Shown here: in pieces, positions 1 to 7,653 of the stretch
Layout: the number at the start of each line of letters is the position of its first letter
How positions within the stretch are numbered: position 1 is the stretch's first letter
NCBI GenBank assembly: GCA_041661045.1
Contig: JBAZVE010000001.1
Coordinates: 720,001 to 752,000, forward strand
DNA from: Candidatus Saccharimonadota bacterium
GTDB taxonomy: Bacteria > Patescibacteriota > Gracilibacteria > UBA1369 > 2-02-FULL-48-14
Length of the DNA stretch: 32,000 nucleotides
Reading direction: 5' to 3'
Translations under genes and position numbers: made by a program
The notes under the pieces: generated by a model
The model's database searches: none
Told to the model about the DNA's origin: nothing
The model's input: only the letters and a program-made list of their open reading frames with translations

Positions 1-2
1 AC

Positions 3-2099
3 TTGTTTGCCGAAAAAACACTGACGGAATTTTATCCGGATTTTCCGCGGGATGGGAAGGGAATGGCACGATTGATTCATGATTTTAGCTGGCCGCACAC
101 GGCGTTTCCCAGTCATGTGACGCCCGGAGTTCCCGGGTCCATTTTGGAAGGTGGTGAATTGGGTTACAGTTTAGCCACCGCCTTTGGCGCGGTGATGGAT
201 AACCCCAACTTGATTGCAGCAGTGGTGGTTGGAGATGGAGAAGCGGAGACCGGGCCCATCGCGGCGGCTTGGCACAGTAATAAATTTCTCAATCCACGGA
301 CCAGTGGAGCGGTGCTTCCTATTGTGCACATCAATGGTTACAAAATTTCAAACCCCACTATTTTTGGGCGCATGGATGATAAAGAACTTCGATCCTTGTT
401 TGTGGGTTATGGTTATGAGCCTTTTATTGTGGAAGCCCCCAATTTGGAAAGCAAGATGATGGAGGTGATGGAGGAGGCGTATCAACGCATTCGTAAAATT
501 CAAAAGGCTGCACGGAAGAGCAAGAAAGCATTTTTAAAGCCCAAGTGGCCTGTGATTTTGCTTCGGTCTCCCAAGGGCTGGAAGGGGATTCAGAAATTTC
601 ATGGACACAGTATTGAAGGATCTTTTCGTGCGCATGGCGTTCCCGTTGGACATCCCAAGGAAGATCCCACGGCGCTCAAGGCTATTGAGAGCTGGCTCAA
701 GATTTATAAAATTCAAGAATTGGTGGATGCACAGGGGCGGCCCAAGCCGGAGGTTTTGGAGTTTGTGCCCACGGGGGCCAAGCGCATCGGAGCATGCAAG
801 CATGCTATTGGAGGGAATATCATGCAGCCGCTCAAATTGCCGGCGGCGGGGAAGTATGCGCTCAAATTTAAGAAACGGGGACAGGTACAGGCGGGAAGCA
901 CGCCGGTGGGTGCGGAGTTTTTACGAGACCTTACGGTGCTCAATCCTAAGACATTTCGCATCTTTTGTCCCGATGAATTGGAATCGAATTTGTTCAAAGC
1001 CGTGTTTGAAAAAACGGGACGGGGCTTTATGTGGCCACTCAACAAAAATGATGAGCACATGCAGCCCGACGGGCGCATTCTGGAGATGCTTTCGGAGCAC
1101 ACTTTGCAGGGCTGGATGATGGGATACACGCTCACCGGTCGTTTTGGATTCTTCTCCAGTTATGAGGCTTTTCTTACGATTATTGCGAGCATGGTGGATC
1201 AGTATGCCAAGTTTTTAAAACAGAGCTTTAAAGTGAAATGGCGTAAGCCCGTGCCTCCTTTGGTTTATCATTTGGGCAGTGTGGGGTGGAGGCAGGAGCA
1301 CAATGGATATTCGCACCAAAATCCAAGTTTTGTGAGCAATCTTTTGCAAAAGCATGGGGAGTTTTGCCAAGTGTATTACCCCTGTGATGCCAACAGTTTT
1401 TTGGCGGCCATGGAAGAAGCTTTTCAAAAACCCAACACCATTAGTGTGATTGTGGCGGACAAACGCGAAGTGCCTCAGTGGCTCAGTTTGGCGGAGGCCC
1501 GTGAGCAGGCCAAGGCGGGTATTGGAATTTGGGAGTGGGCGACGGGCCGCGAGGCGAGTCGAAATCCGGATGTTGTTTTGGCCAGCGCCGGAGATTACAT
1601 GACGCAGGAAGCCATGCACGCCATTCAACTGTGTAAAGAACTGGTGCCGGAAATGAAGATTCGCATGGTGAATATTTCTGAACTCACCGGGCTGTGTATG
1701 GGAGACTACTGTGGTAGCTCTCACGCATGCATCAACGAAGCCATGGTGGAGAAATATTTTACAAAAGATAAGCCGGTGGTCATCAACTATCATGGGTACA
1801 CCAATGACATGGAGCAGGTGCTTTGGTCCTTTGTGGATGCCAAACGATTCAGTTTGCATGGTTACCAGGAACGCGGATCCACCACCACTCCTTTTGATCT
1901 TAAGGTGGTGAATGAAACGGATTTTTACCACTTGAGTATGGACATGATCCGCTTGGCCTCGCCGCACAATAAAGCGGTTGCCAAAAAACGCGATACACTC
2001 ATCGCGCTTTTGGAGCAAAAGATCCGTGACCATCAATCCACCATTTGTGAGACCGGCGACGATCCCAAAGAAGTGAAAGTGCTCAAGTGGAAGAGCTAA
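3..2099 (+). CDS. xfp: Xylulose-5-phosphate/fructose-6-phosphate phosphoketolase (5' end cut by window edge)
   Basis: The 698-aa ORF is open at the window start. It carries the phosphoketolase/TPP-enzyme hallmarks EGGELGYS and VVGDGEAETGP, and its length and order of conserved blocks fit the XFP family. Confidence 0.93.
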   Translation: MFAEKTLTEFYPDFPRDGKGMARLIHDFSWPHTAFPSHVTPGVPGSILEGGELGYSLATAFGAVMDNPNLIAAVVVGDGEAETGPIAAAWHSNKFLNPRTSGAVLPIVHINGYKISNPTIFGRMDDKELRSLFVGYGYEPFIVEAPNLESKMMEVMEEAYQRIRKIQKAARKSKKAFLKPKWPVILLRSPKGWKGIQKFHGHSIEGSFRAHGVPVGHPKEDPTALKAIESWLKIYKIQELVDAQGRPKPEVLEFVPTGAKRIGACKHAIGGNIMQPLKLPAAGKYALKFKKRGQVQAGSTPVGAEFLRDLTVLNPKTFRIFCPDELESNLFKAVFEKTGRGFMWPLNKNDEHMQPDGRILEMLSEHTLQGWMMGYTLTGRFGFFSSYEAFLTIIASMVDQYAKFLKQSFKVKWRKPVPPLVYHLGSVGWRQEHNGYSHQNPSFVSNLLQKHGEFCQVYYPCDANSFLAAMEEAFQKPNTISVIVADKREVPQWLSLAEAREQAKAGIGIWEWATGREASRNPDVVLASAGDYMTQEAMHAIQLCKELVPEMKIRMVNISELTGLCMGDYCGSSHACINEAMVEKYFTKDKPVVINYHGYTNDMEQVLWSFVDAKRFSLHGYQERGSTTTPFDLKVVNETDFYHLSMDMIRLASPHNKAVAKKRDTLIALLEQKIRDHQSTICETGDDPKEVKVLKWKS

Positions 2100-2291
2100 A
2101 GGCCGCCGTGCGGGGCCCTTGGTGCTGCCAATGCCTCGTGGACTTTGTGGCTCGTGTCGACCCTGGTCTCTGGGCCGGTGCTTTTTTGCCATGCTTCAAA
2201 TCCGCGGTGAGGCATTTCTCCTCTCTTCATTTGTTGGAAAGGATTTTCAGTCAGTCCGGGAAAGTTTCGAGGGGCCATAGAATAGGGGGTT

Positions 2292-2324
2292 AAATATAAA
2301 AACGCCCCGCTTGTGCAAGCGAGG
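2292..2324 (-). terminator. Intrinsic terminator (minus strand): CCTCGCTT-GCAC-AAGCGGGG followed by CGTTTTTATATTT
   Basis: An 8-bp GC-rich stem (one U.G wobble) with a 4-nt loop and a U-rich tail, read on the minus strand. On the plus strand the wobble becomes a C.A mismatch and no T-run follows, so the element is strand specific. Confidence 0.6.
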
Positions 2325-2348
2325 TTTGTGAATAAAAAAACCTCGCTG

Positions 2349-2438
2349 CTAGTTTAGGACTAGAATAATGGCGAGGCTAGACACAGCAAGACCCAATTGG
2401 GCTTCGAACTTGCGGCAATGGGTTGAATGAAGTGTCAT
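2349..2438 (-). CDS. Speculative 29-aa small ORF (MTLHSTHCRKFEAQLGLAVSSLAIILVLN) with a hydrophobic C-terminal half
   Basis: ATG at 2438 and TAG at 2351-2349, hand-translated. It lies between the putative promoter (2449-2476) and the terminator (2292-2324). It is too short for the ORF track, and coding status is unproven. Confidence 0.2.
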   Translation of the reverse strand: MTLHSTHCRKFEAQLGLAVSSLAIILVLN

Positions 2439-2448
2439 AGTAACCTTG

Positions 2449-2476
2449 AGTTTATCAAAAACGGTTTTTTTGTCAA
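2449..2476 (-). promoter_or_regulatory. Sigma-70-like promoter TTGACA-N16-TAAACT (minus strand)
   Basis: -35 TTGACA at 2476-2471 (a perfect consensus that contains the pta TGA stop at 2475-2473). -10 TAAACT at 2454-2449 with a 16-nt spacer. Confidence 0.45.
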
Positions 2477-3408
2477 TATTTCATTTGCGCTTGGACCGTG
2501 GTGAAGGCGGTCAGATGAACGATGTCTTCGACGGAAGCACCGCGAGAGAGTTCGTTGACGGGTTTTTGTAGTCCTTGCAAAATGGGGCCGATGGCCTTGG
2601 CGCCCGCGAGCCGCTCCACTAGTTTATAGGCAATGTTTCCGGCTTCTAAATCTGGGAAGATGAGGATATTGGCATGGCCGGCGAGAGGGGAGCTGGGGTC
2701 TTTGAACTGGCCCACGGCATCGATGAGCGCGGCGTCCACTTGCATGGGGCCCTCAATGCTCAAGGAAGGATTTTGTTGTTTCACCAGTTTGGCGACGGCA
2801 TGCAATTTTTGAGCTTGAGGGGTTTGGCTGTTTTCTCCCGTGGAAAAAGAGAGCAGGGCGATTTTTTGTTCCAAGCCAAACTGCTTCGCGCTTGCCGCGC
2901 TGTCGGAAGCAATTTGAGTCAGTGTCTCCACGGAAGGATCAGTGTTTACGGCACAATCCGCAAAGACGAGGACGCCGCCGTTGGCGGCGTCCGGGTTCGT
3001 ATCCGTAGGGAGCACCATAAAAAAGAGGCCCGAGGCCTTCCATCCTTTTTCTTTTGTTTTTATGATTTCCAGGGCTGGAAGAATGCGTTCACGGGAGGCG
3101 GCGCTCGGGCCGGCAATCATTCCATCCGCTTCCCCTTCGTGTACAAGCATGGTGGCAAAATAGTGGGCCGTTCGCATCTTGCTTCGCGCCTCTTCTTCTC
3201 GTGCGCCACGGAGCTCCATGAATTTTTTAACGAGAGTTTCAAAACGGGGATCTTTACTTGGTTCGCCAAATACAACTGGAATTGCCAAATTCTCTTTGCT
3301 GATGATTTTTATGGCTTCTGCAACGCGGGGCTCAGATCCTTCTGCAAAAACAATCCGCTTGGGATTTTCTTTCGCACGGTCCCAAACTTGCTTTAAAAAG
3401 TCCTCCAT
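2473..3408 (-). CDS. pta: Phosphate acetyltransferase
   Basis: 311-aa ORF. The N-terminus (KRIVFAEGSEPRVAEA) and the C-terminal blocks (ANILIFPDLEAGNIAYK, GPILQGLQKPVNELSRG) are typical of the short-form PTA_PTB family. Confidence 0.92.
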   Translation of the reverse strand: MEDFLKQVWDRAKENPKRIVFAEGSEPRVAEAIKIISKENLAIPVVFGEPSKDPRFETLVKKFMELRGAREEEARSKMRTAHYFATMLVHEGEADGMIAGPSAASRERILPALEIIKTKEKGWKASGLFFMVLPTDTNPDAANGGVLVFADCAVNTDPSVETLTQIASDSAASAKQFGLEQKIALLSFSTGENSQTPQAQKLHAVAKLVKQQNPSLSIEGPMQVDAALIDAVGQFKDPSSPLAGHANILIFPDLEAGNIAYKLVERLAGAKAIGPILQGLQKPVNELSRGASVEDIVHLTAFTTVQAQMKY

Positions 3409-3430
3409 TTTGGGTGCGGATTTATTCGTT

Positions 3431-3670
3431 TTATTCGCCGATTGCCTTGAGATCGCTCACCGCTTCGTTCACGGCACCGGTGGCCTCGACTACTGAATCT
3501 TTAGCCTCATTCACCTGGTCAACCGTTTCCACCACTTCATCCTTTATTTCCACGGCTTCATTTTTAATATTTTCCACCGCTTCCAAAGACTCCTGTGTGG
3601 CCTTTGAGAGCATACTGCAGGCAGGAAGAAGTAAAAGGGTGGCGAGGAGGAGTGGGGTCGGCAATTTCAT
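3431..3670 (-). CDS. Small putative lipoprotein (79 aa from the internal ATG), helical E/V/A-rich
   Basis: The N-terminus MKLPTPLLLATLLLLPAC has a signal peptide plus a lipobox-like LPAC. I chose the start at ATG 3670 rather than the ORF-track start at 3715. There is no recognisable family. Confidence 0.6.
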   Translation of the reverse strand: MKLPTPLLLATLLLLPACSMLSKATQESLEAVENIKNEAVEIKDEVVETVDQVNEAKDSVVEATGAVNEAVSDLKAIGE

Positions 3671-3680
3671 GGCGGCGGCC

Positions 3681-4031
3681 TTAAGAATTCTGATGTTTTT
3701 CTTTGAAGATTTCATCGAAACTTCCGGAGAAGTTCTTAAGAAAGTTGTGCATATCCAAGACTTCGTTGGAGGAAATATATTCCATTCGTGGGGCGCTTCC
3801 TAAACGGATTGGCATATCCTCTTCATCATAGGGGACTCCAGCTATATCGGTGTGTACATGAATCACGGCCTCCATATTGCAGTTTGGGCAAAAAACTTGA
3901 AAGAAACTCTCTTCGCAGCTTGTGATCCCAATAATATCCACATCAAAATCGGTGTATTTCCCGTTGCAGGTTTGGCAACGCATACCTCTTTTGATTTGCC
4001 CCACAATGGCTTTGAGGTCATGAAAATTCAT
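3681..4031 (-). CDS. Hypothetical zinc-ribbon protein (116 aa)
   Basis: Two CxxC pairs (CQTCNG ... CPNCN) are spaced like a C4 zinc ribbon. The gene lies in the same orientation immediately upstream of the lipoprotein gene and pta. Confidence 0.6.
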   Translation of the reverse strand: MNFHDLKAIVGQIKRGMRCQTCNGKYTDFDVDIIGITSCEESFFQVFCPNCNMEAVIHVHTDIAGVPYDEEDMPIRLGSAPRMEYISSNEVLDMHNFLKNFSGSFDEIFKEKHQNS

Positions 4032-4274
4032 ATTGTTCTTTAAGGGGTGCTTCTATTTTAGCGCTTTTCTTCGGCTGCTTCCAGCGAATTTTTGCCGGAG
4101 GGGGTGCTTCAGGGGCGGCGCGGCGGTTGCTTGATGGGGCGCCTCGGTTGAGTGGGCCCACAGGGCAAAGGTGATTACACCCTCACCCATAGCTTTTGTC
4201 ATGGGGGAATGGGGGTTTAAACCTGTTAATGGGGTGGTTTTGTGGTAGAATTAAGATTCAGTAACCCCCTCACT

Positions 4275-5096
4275 ATGACCGATGCCGAACTGTATAGAAA
4301 AGCTAAGTTTTTTGGAAAGAACGCCCTCCTTTGGCGAAGGAAGTTTATGGGCCTCCTCCCGGAAGTGCAGCGAAGGCGGTTGTATGAGAAGCGCGGCTTC
4401 GGGTCTATTTTTGAGTTTTCTTTTAAACTGGCCGGACTGAGTGAAGAACAAGTGAGGCGGGTTTTGCAGCTAGAAAGGAGGTTTCAGGAGCTGCCCACCT
4501 TGAAGGGACTTTTGGAGACTGGCGGGGTGAGTGTGAATAAGTTAGCCCGGGTGGCTTCTATTGCCACAGTGGCGAACCAGGAAGACCTGGCGGAAGCAGT
4601 GAAACTTTTGCCCCAGGCGGCAGTGGAAACTTTGGTGCGAGATGAGCGATTTCAAAAATTAAATGGCTTTCTTAAGCCACAAATTGAAGGAAAATCTGTG
4701 CGCGCGCACAACTTAAACTTGGATGAGAAAGTCACCGCCCGCTTGTTGGAACTACAAGAAAAAGGCCTCAATTTAAATGAAGTCCTCATGGGAATGTTGG
4801 ACAGAAGAGACCAGGAAATAGCAGAAGAAAAAGCAGTCATTGCTGCACATTTGCCTGAAAGGCAATCTCGCCCTGTGCCTGTACGAACCCGCAAAGTCCT
4901 TCAAAAAGAACATGGTAGCAAATGTTCCATCGCCAGCTGCAAACGCCCAGCAGAACAACTGCATCACACGCAAACCTTTGCGCTGAGCCACCGCCACGAT
5001 CCTCACTATCTTGCGCCGCTCTGCAAAGCGCACCATGTTTTGGCGCATTCAGTGAATCTAAAAGTATGGGAGAAAAGGACGCAGGCGGCGATTTAA
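4275..5096 (+). CDS. HNH endonuclease domain protein (DUF222-like N-terminal region)
   Basis: The C-terminus CSIASCKRPAEQLHHTQTFALSHRHDPHYLAPLCKAHHVLAHS is an HNH motif (C..C, HH, H...H). I chose the ATG at 4275 over the GTG at 4242 because a TGnTAGAAT-like -10 (4246-4251) lies between them. Confidence 0.8.
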   Translation: MTDAELYRKAKFFGKNALLWRRKFMGLLPEVQRRRLYEKRGFGSIFEFSFKLAGLSEEQVRRVLQLERRFQELPTLKGLLETGGVSVNKLARVASIATVANQEDLAEAVKLLPQAAVETLVRDERFQKLNGFLKPQIEGKSVRAHNLNLDEKVTARLLELQEKGLNLNEVLMGMLDRRDQEIAEEKAVIAAHLPERQSRPVPVRTRKVLQKEHGSKCSIASCKRPAEQLHHTQTFALSHRHDPHYLAPLCKAHHVLAHSVNLKVWEKRTQAAI

Positions 5097-5148
5097 AAAG
5101 CCCGTCAGGATTTTCCATGACGGGCCTTTGTTTGCCGATTTTTATCAC

Positions 5149-6123
5149 TTACGCGGCTCTCTTGGTTTCGAATGCGGGGCTTGCGTGGAGTGGCGCTGGT
5201 GTTATCCTTTCAGGTGGCCTTCCGGTTGTTGCCTCGAGTGGCTTTGGAGTTATTACTTCAGGTGGCGCTCCGATGTTTTTCTTGAGTGGCGCTCCAGGTG
5301 TTGCATCGAGTGCGACTTCAGGCTGTACGGCGTCTGCCTCAGCGGCATGCTTTGCTTCTTGAGCAGCTTGTACCTGAGCTGCTGCTTCCGCTTCAGCGGC
5401 TCGTTCGGCATTCATGTGTTCACGCACTTTGGGCATCCGTTCCACCACTAGATTTCCCATTGTCACTCCCCTCTGAATAAGTTCACCTGCCTCTGTAGCT
5501 TCTACATGTCCGGTGACCATGCCACCCACTTTGAGAACAGTTCCAGCGGTTTTACTCGTTTTTATGAAGTTTGAGAAAGCTTGATCGGCAGCGGCTGCCA
5601 CTTCCGTTGAAGCAGGAACGATTCCCAAGGAAAACATGGCCGCAACGGTAGGCTTGTTGACCAACATGGAGATGTCACTGATCAAGGGATCCGGGATGAA
5701 TTTTGCGAAGAAATTGCGTTTGAGCCCTCCCCACAGCGCTTCGACTAGCTTTTTCCCTAGCACTGCTCCCGGTGAAAGTACAGCGACGATTTTTTCAAAT
5801 CGACTGAAGGAGAGTCCGGTCAGACCTTTTTCCATTAAGGCCATCTTTTCTTCGTCAGAGAGCTCAGTAAGAATTTGAACCGCTCTTTCATTTCTGCTGG
5901 CAAAGCTGTTGGCGGCAAAGGTGAGGGCCTCGATGTCTGCCCCTGCTGTAGCGTTTTTTTGTAAAATACCGAGAATCTCCATTGGCAGACTGCCTTCGGG
6001 GGCTTCATTAGTTTCTACGGGGGCGCCGTCTTCTCCATCCATATCTACCTCTCCATCCACATCTAAGGGATCGACTTCGACATCATTATCAGGATTTTCT
6101 GGACCGTTTGAATTGTGTGACAT
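5149..6123 (-). CDS. Hypothetical protein (324 aa): acidic N-terminus, A/E-rich helix, Pro-rich C-terminal repeats
   Basis: A long ORF with protein-like composition that fills the gap between flanking genes. I recognise no family motif. Confidence 0.6.
   Translation of the reverse strand: MSHNSNGPENPDNDVEVDPLDVDGEVDMDGEDGAPVETNEAPEGSLPMEILGILQKNATAGADIEALTFAANSFASRNERAVQILTELSDEEKMALMEKGLTGLSFSRFEKIVAVLSPGAVLGKKLVEALWGGLKRNFFAKFIPDPLISDISMLVNKPTVAAMFSLGIVPASTEVAAAADQAFSNFIKTSKTAGTVLKVGGMVTGHVEATEAGELIQRGVTMGNLVVERMPKVREHMNAERAAEAEAAAQVQAAQEAKHAAEADAVQPEVALDATPGAPLKKNIGAPPEVITPKPLEATTGRPPERITPAPLHASPAFETKRAA
5176..5324 (-). repeat. Three tandem 48-nt (16-aa) degenerate repeats inside the 324-aa ORF
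   Basis: The plus-strand anchor GAGTGG recurs at 5188, 5236 and 5284 (period 48), and TTCAGG(T/C)TG recurs at a similar spacing. The repeats encode PL....PPE(V/R)ITP(K/A) units. Confidence 0.6.
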
Positions 6124-6164
6124 AGGAGCTTGGGGTTAAAAAGCCTTATATCAGAATAAGCCAG

Positions 6165-7583
6165 CTATCTAATTTTGTCAAGGGCTCTTTTTACCCTTTT
6201 AATACTGAGTTCTTTGCCCAAGAGTTTGACCAGTTCGAAGACCCCCGGGGAATACTGTTCGTTGCTCAGTGCGATGCGGAGAGGCCAGAGGACTTGGCCG
6301 TTTTTGAGGCCCAATTTTTCGATCACTTCCATGAGGCAAGCTTTGATGGCTTCTTCATCTGCTCCATCAGCTAAATTTTCCAGAGCGGGGATGGAATTTT
6401 CGAGCGCCAAAACTGCGGTAGCCTTGTCCACTTTCATTTTTTCGTTGAGGAAAAGACCAAGGTCATAGTCGAACTCCTCTAGAAGAAGAGGTTTGAGGAG
6501 GGCTGGGGCTTCGGAGAGGGTTTTCATGCGCAGCTGAACGGAGGCCAGAATCTCGGGCTTGAGTTCACCTTTGAACCAGGGTTCATCCTTTAAATAAGGC
6601 AAAATCAGCACCTCTAATTCCGGGAGAGATTTTTGGCGGATGTAGTGACCGTTCAGCCAATCCAACTTTTCCAGATTGAACACGGCGCCGGCTTTTTGAA
6701 CGCGATCGAGGCTGAACCGTTCCACCAATTGTTCAAGAGTGAAGAGCTCTTCCTCCGTTCCCGGGTTCCAGCCTAAAAAGGCAATAAAGTTAACGATGGC
6801 TTCCTTAAGGTAGCCTTTCTTTATATAGTCTTCGGCCGCGACATCGCCTTGGCGCTTGCTGAGTTTGCTGCGGTCCGGATTGAGGAGCAGGGGCAGGTGG
6901 GCAAATTCGGGGGCCTTCCATCCAAAAGCTTTGTAGAGCCAAAGGTGCTTTGGGGTGGAAGGGAGCCATTCCTCACCGCGGATCACATGGGTGATTTCCA
7001 TCTCATGGTCATCCACCACATTGGCCAAGTGGTAAGTGGGGAAGCCGTCGGATTTGATGAGGACTTGATCGTCGATGTCTTTGCCGTGAAACTGAAGATC
7101 GCCACGAACGAGATCATTAAAGAAAAGATCTTCTTGGGGGATTCGTTGACGGATGACATGGGCTTCACCGGCTTCGATGCGTGCTTGTCGTTCGCTGAGG
7201 CTCAAGTGTGTGCAAAGGCCATCGTATTTGGGGGGGAGTTTTTGGGCTTCTTGTGCTTTACGCATTTCATCGAGCCGTTCAGAGGTGCAAAAACAGGGAT
7301 AGGCGTGGCCGTTTTCCACCAATTCTTTGGCGTATTTTGCATAAATCTCGGTTCGTTTGGATTGAAAAATCGGACCCTCGTCCCAGTTCAGATCAAAAAA
7401 ATGAAGGGCGTTTTGCAGGCTTTCCACGGCGCCTTCCACAAAGCGTTTTTGATCCGTGTCTTCGATGCGGAGGGCAAAAATACCTTTGTTTTGCTTGGCA
7501 AACAGGTAGGAATAGAGCGCGGTGCGGAGTCCTCCAATGTGGAGGTAACCGGTTGGAGATGGGGCAAAGCGAGTTTTAATCAT
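6165..7583 (-). CDS. gltX: Glutamate--tRNA ligase
   Basis: MIKTRFAPSPTGYLHIGG (HIGH motif), KLSKR (KMSKS motif) and class I GluRS-type blocks throughout. The start is set at ATG 7583 (MIKTRF) rather than the upstream ORF-track start. Confidence 0.93.
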   Translation of the reverse strand: MIKTRFAPSPTGYLHIGGLRTALYSYLFAKQNKGIFALRIEDTDQKRFVEGAVESLQNALHFFDLNWDEGPIFQSKRTEIYAKYAKELVENGHAYPCFCTSERLDEMRKAQEAQKLPPKYDGLCTHLSLSERQARIEAGEAHVIRQRIPQEDLFFNDLVRGDLQFHGKDIDDQVLIKSDGFPTYHLANVVDDHEMEITHVIRGEEWLPSTPKHLWLYKAFGWKAPEFAHLPLLLNPDRSKLSKRQGDVAAEDYIKKGYLKEAIVNFIAFLGWNPGTEEELFTLEQLVERFSLDRVQKAGAVFNLEKLDWLNGHYIRQKSLPELEVLILPYLKDEPWFKGELKPEILASVQLRMKTLSEAPALLKPLLLEEFDYDLGLFLNEKMKVDKATAVLALENSIPALENLADGADEEAIKACLMEVIEKLGLKNGQVLWPLRIALSNEQYSPGVFELVKLLGKELSIKRVKRALDKIR

Positions 7584-7653
7584 GGCGGCAGTGTAACACA
7601 GGCTTTTCACTTTTAAAATTCAAGAGTAGGCTTTGGGCATCTAACCGCCTTTC

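Noticed and set aside
2245-2275. CAGTCAGTCCGGGAAAG, reminiscent of the SRP RNA domain IV (CAGGUCCGGAAGGAAGC)
   Set aside because: The sequence after the putative tetraloop does not pair back, and the conserved GGAAGCAGC side is absent on both strands.
2087-2293. 60-aa (minus, 2096-2278) and 68-aa (plus) ORFs in the xfp/pta spacer
   Set aside because: They mutually overlap on opposite strands, lack motifs and have odd composition. The minus-strand ORF is interesting only because it starts 14 nt after the cassette A terminator, as the 66-aa ORF does after cassette B. That is not enough to call a gene.
2380-2430. tRNA-like TTCGAA (T-loop-like) sequence and the CCCAATTGGG palindrome
   Set aside because: The bases flanking TTCGAAC are not complementary, so there is no T-stem, and no acceptor or anticodon arms can be drawn on either strand.
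4922-5451. Plus-strand ORFs (146 and 107 aa), rich in Cys, Trp and Ser, over the repeat region
   Set aside because: They are antisense to the 324-aa gene. Their periodic sequence simply mirrors the 48-nt tandem repeats of that gene.
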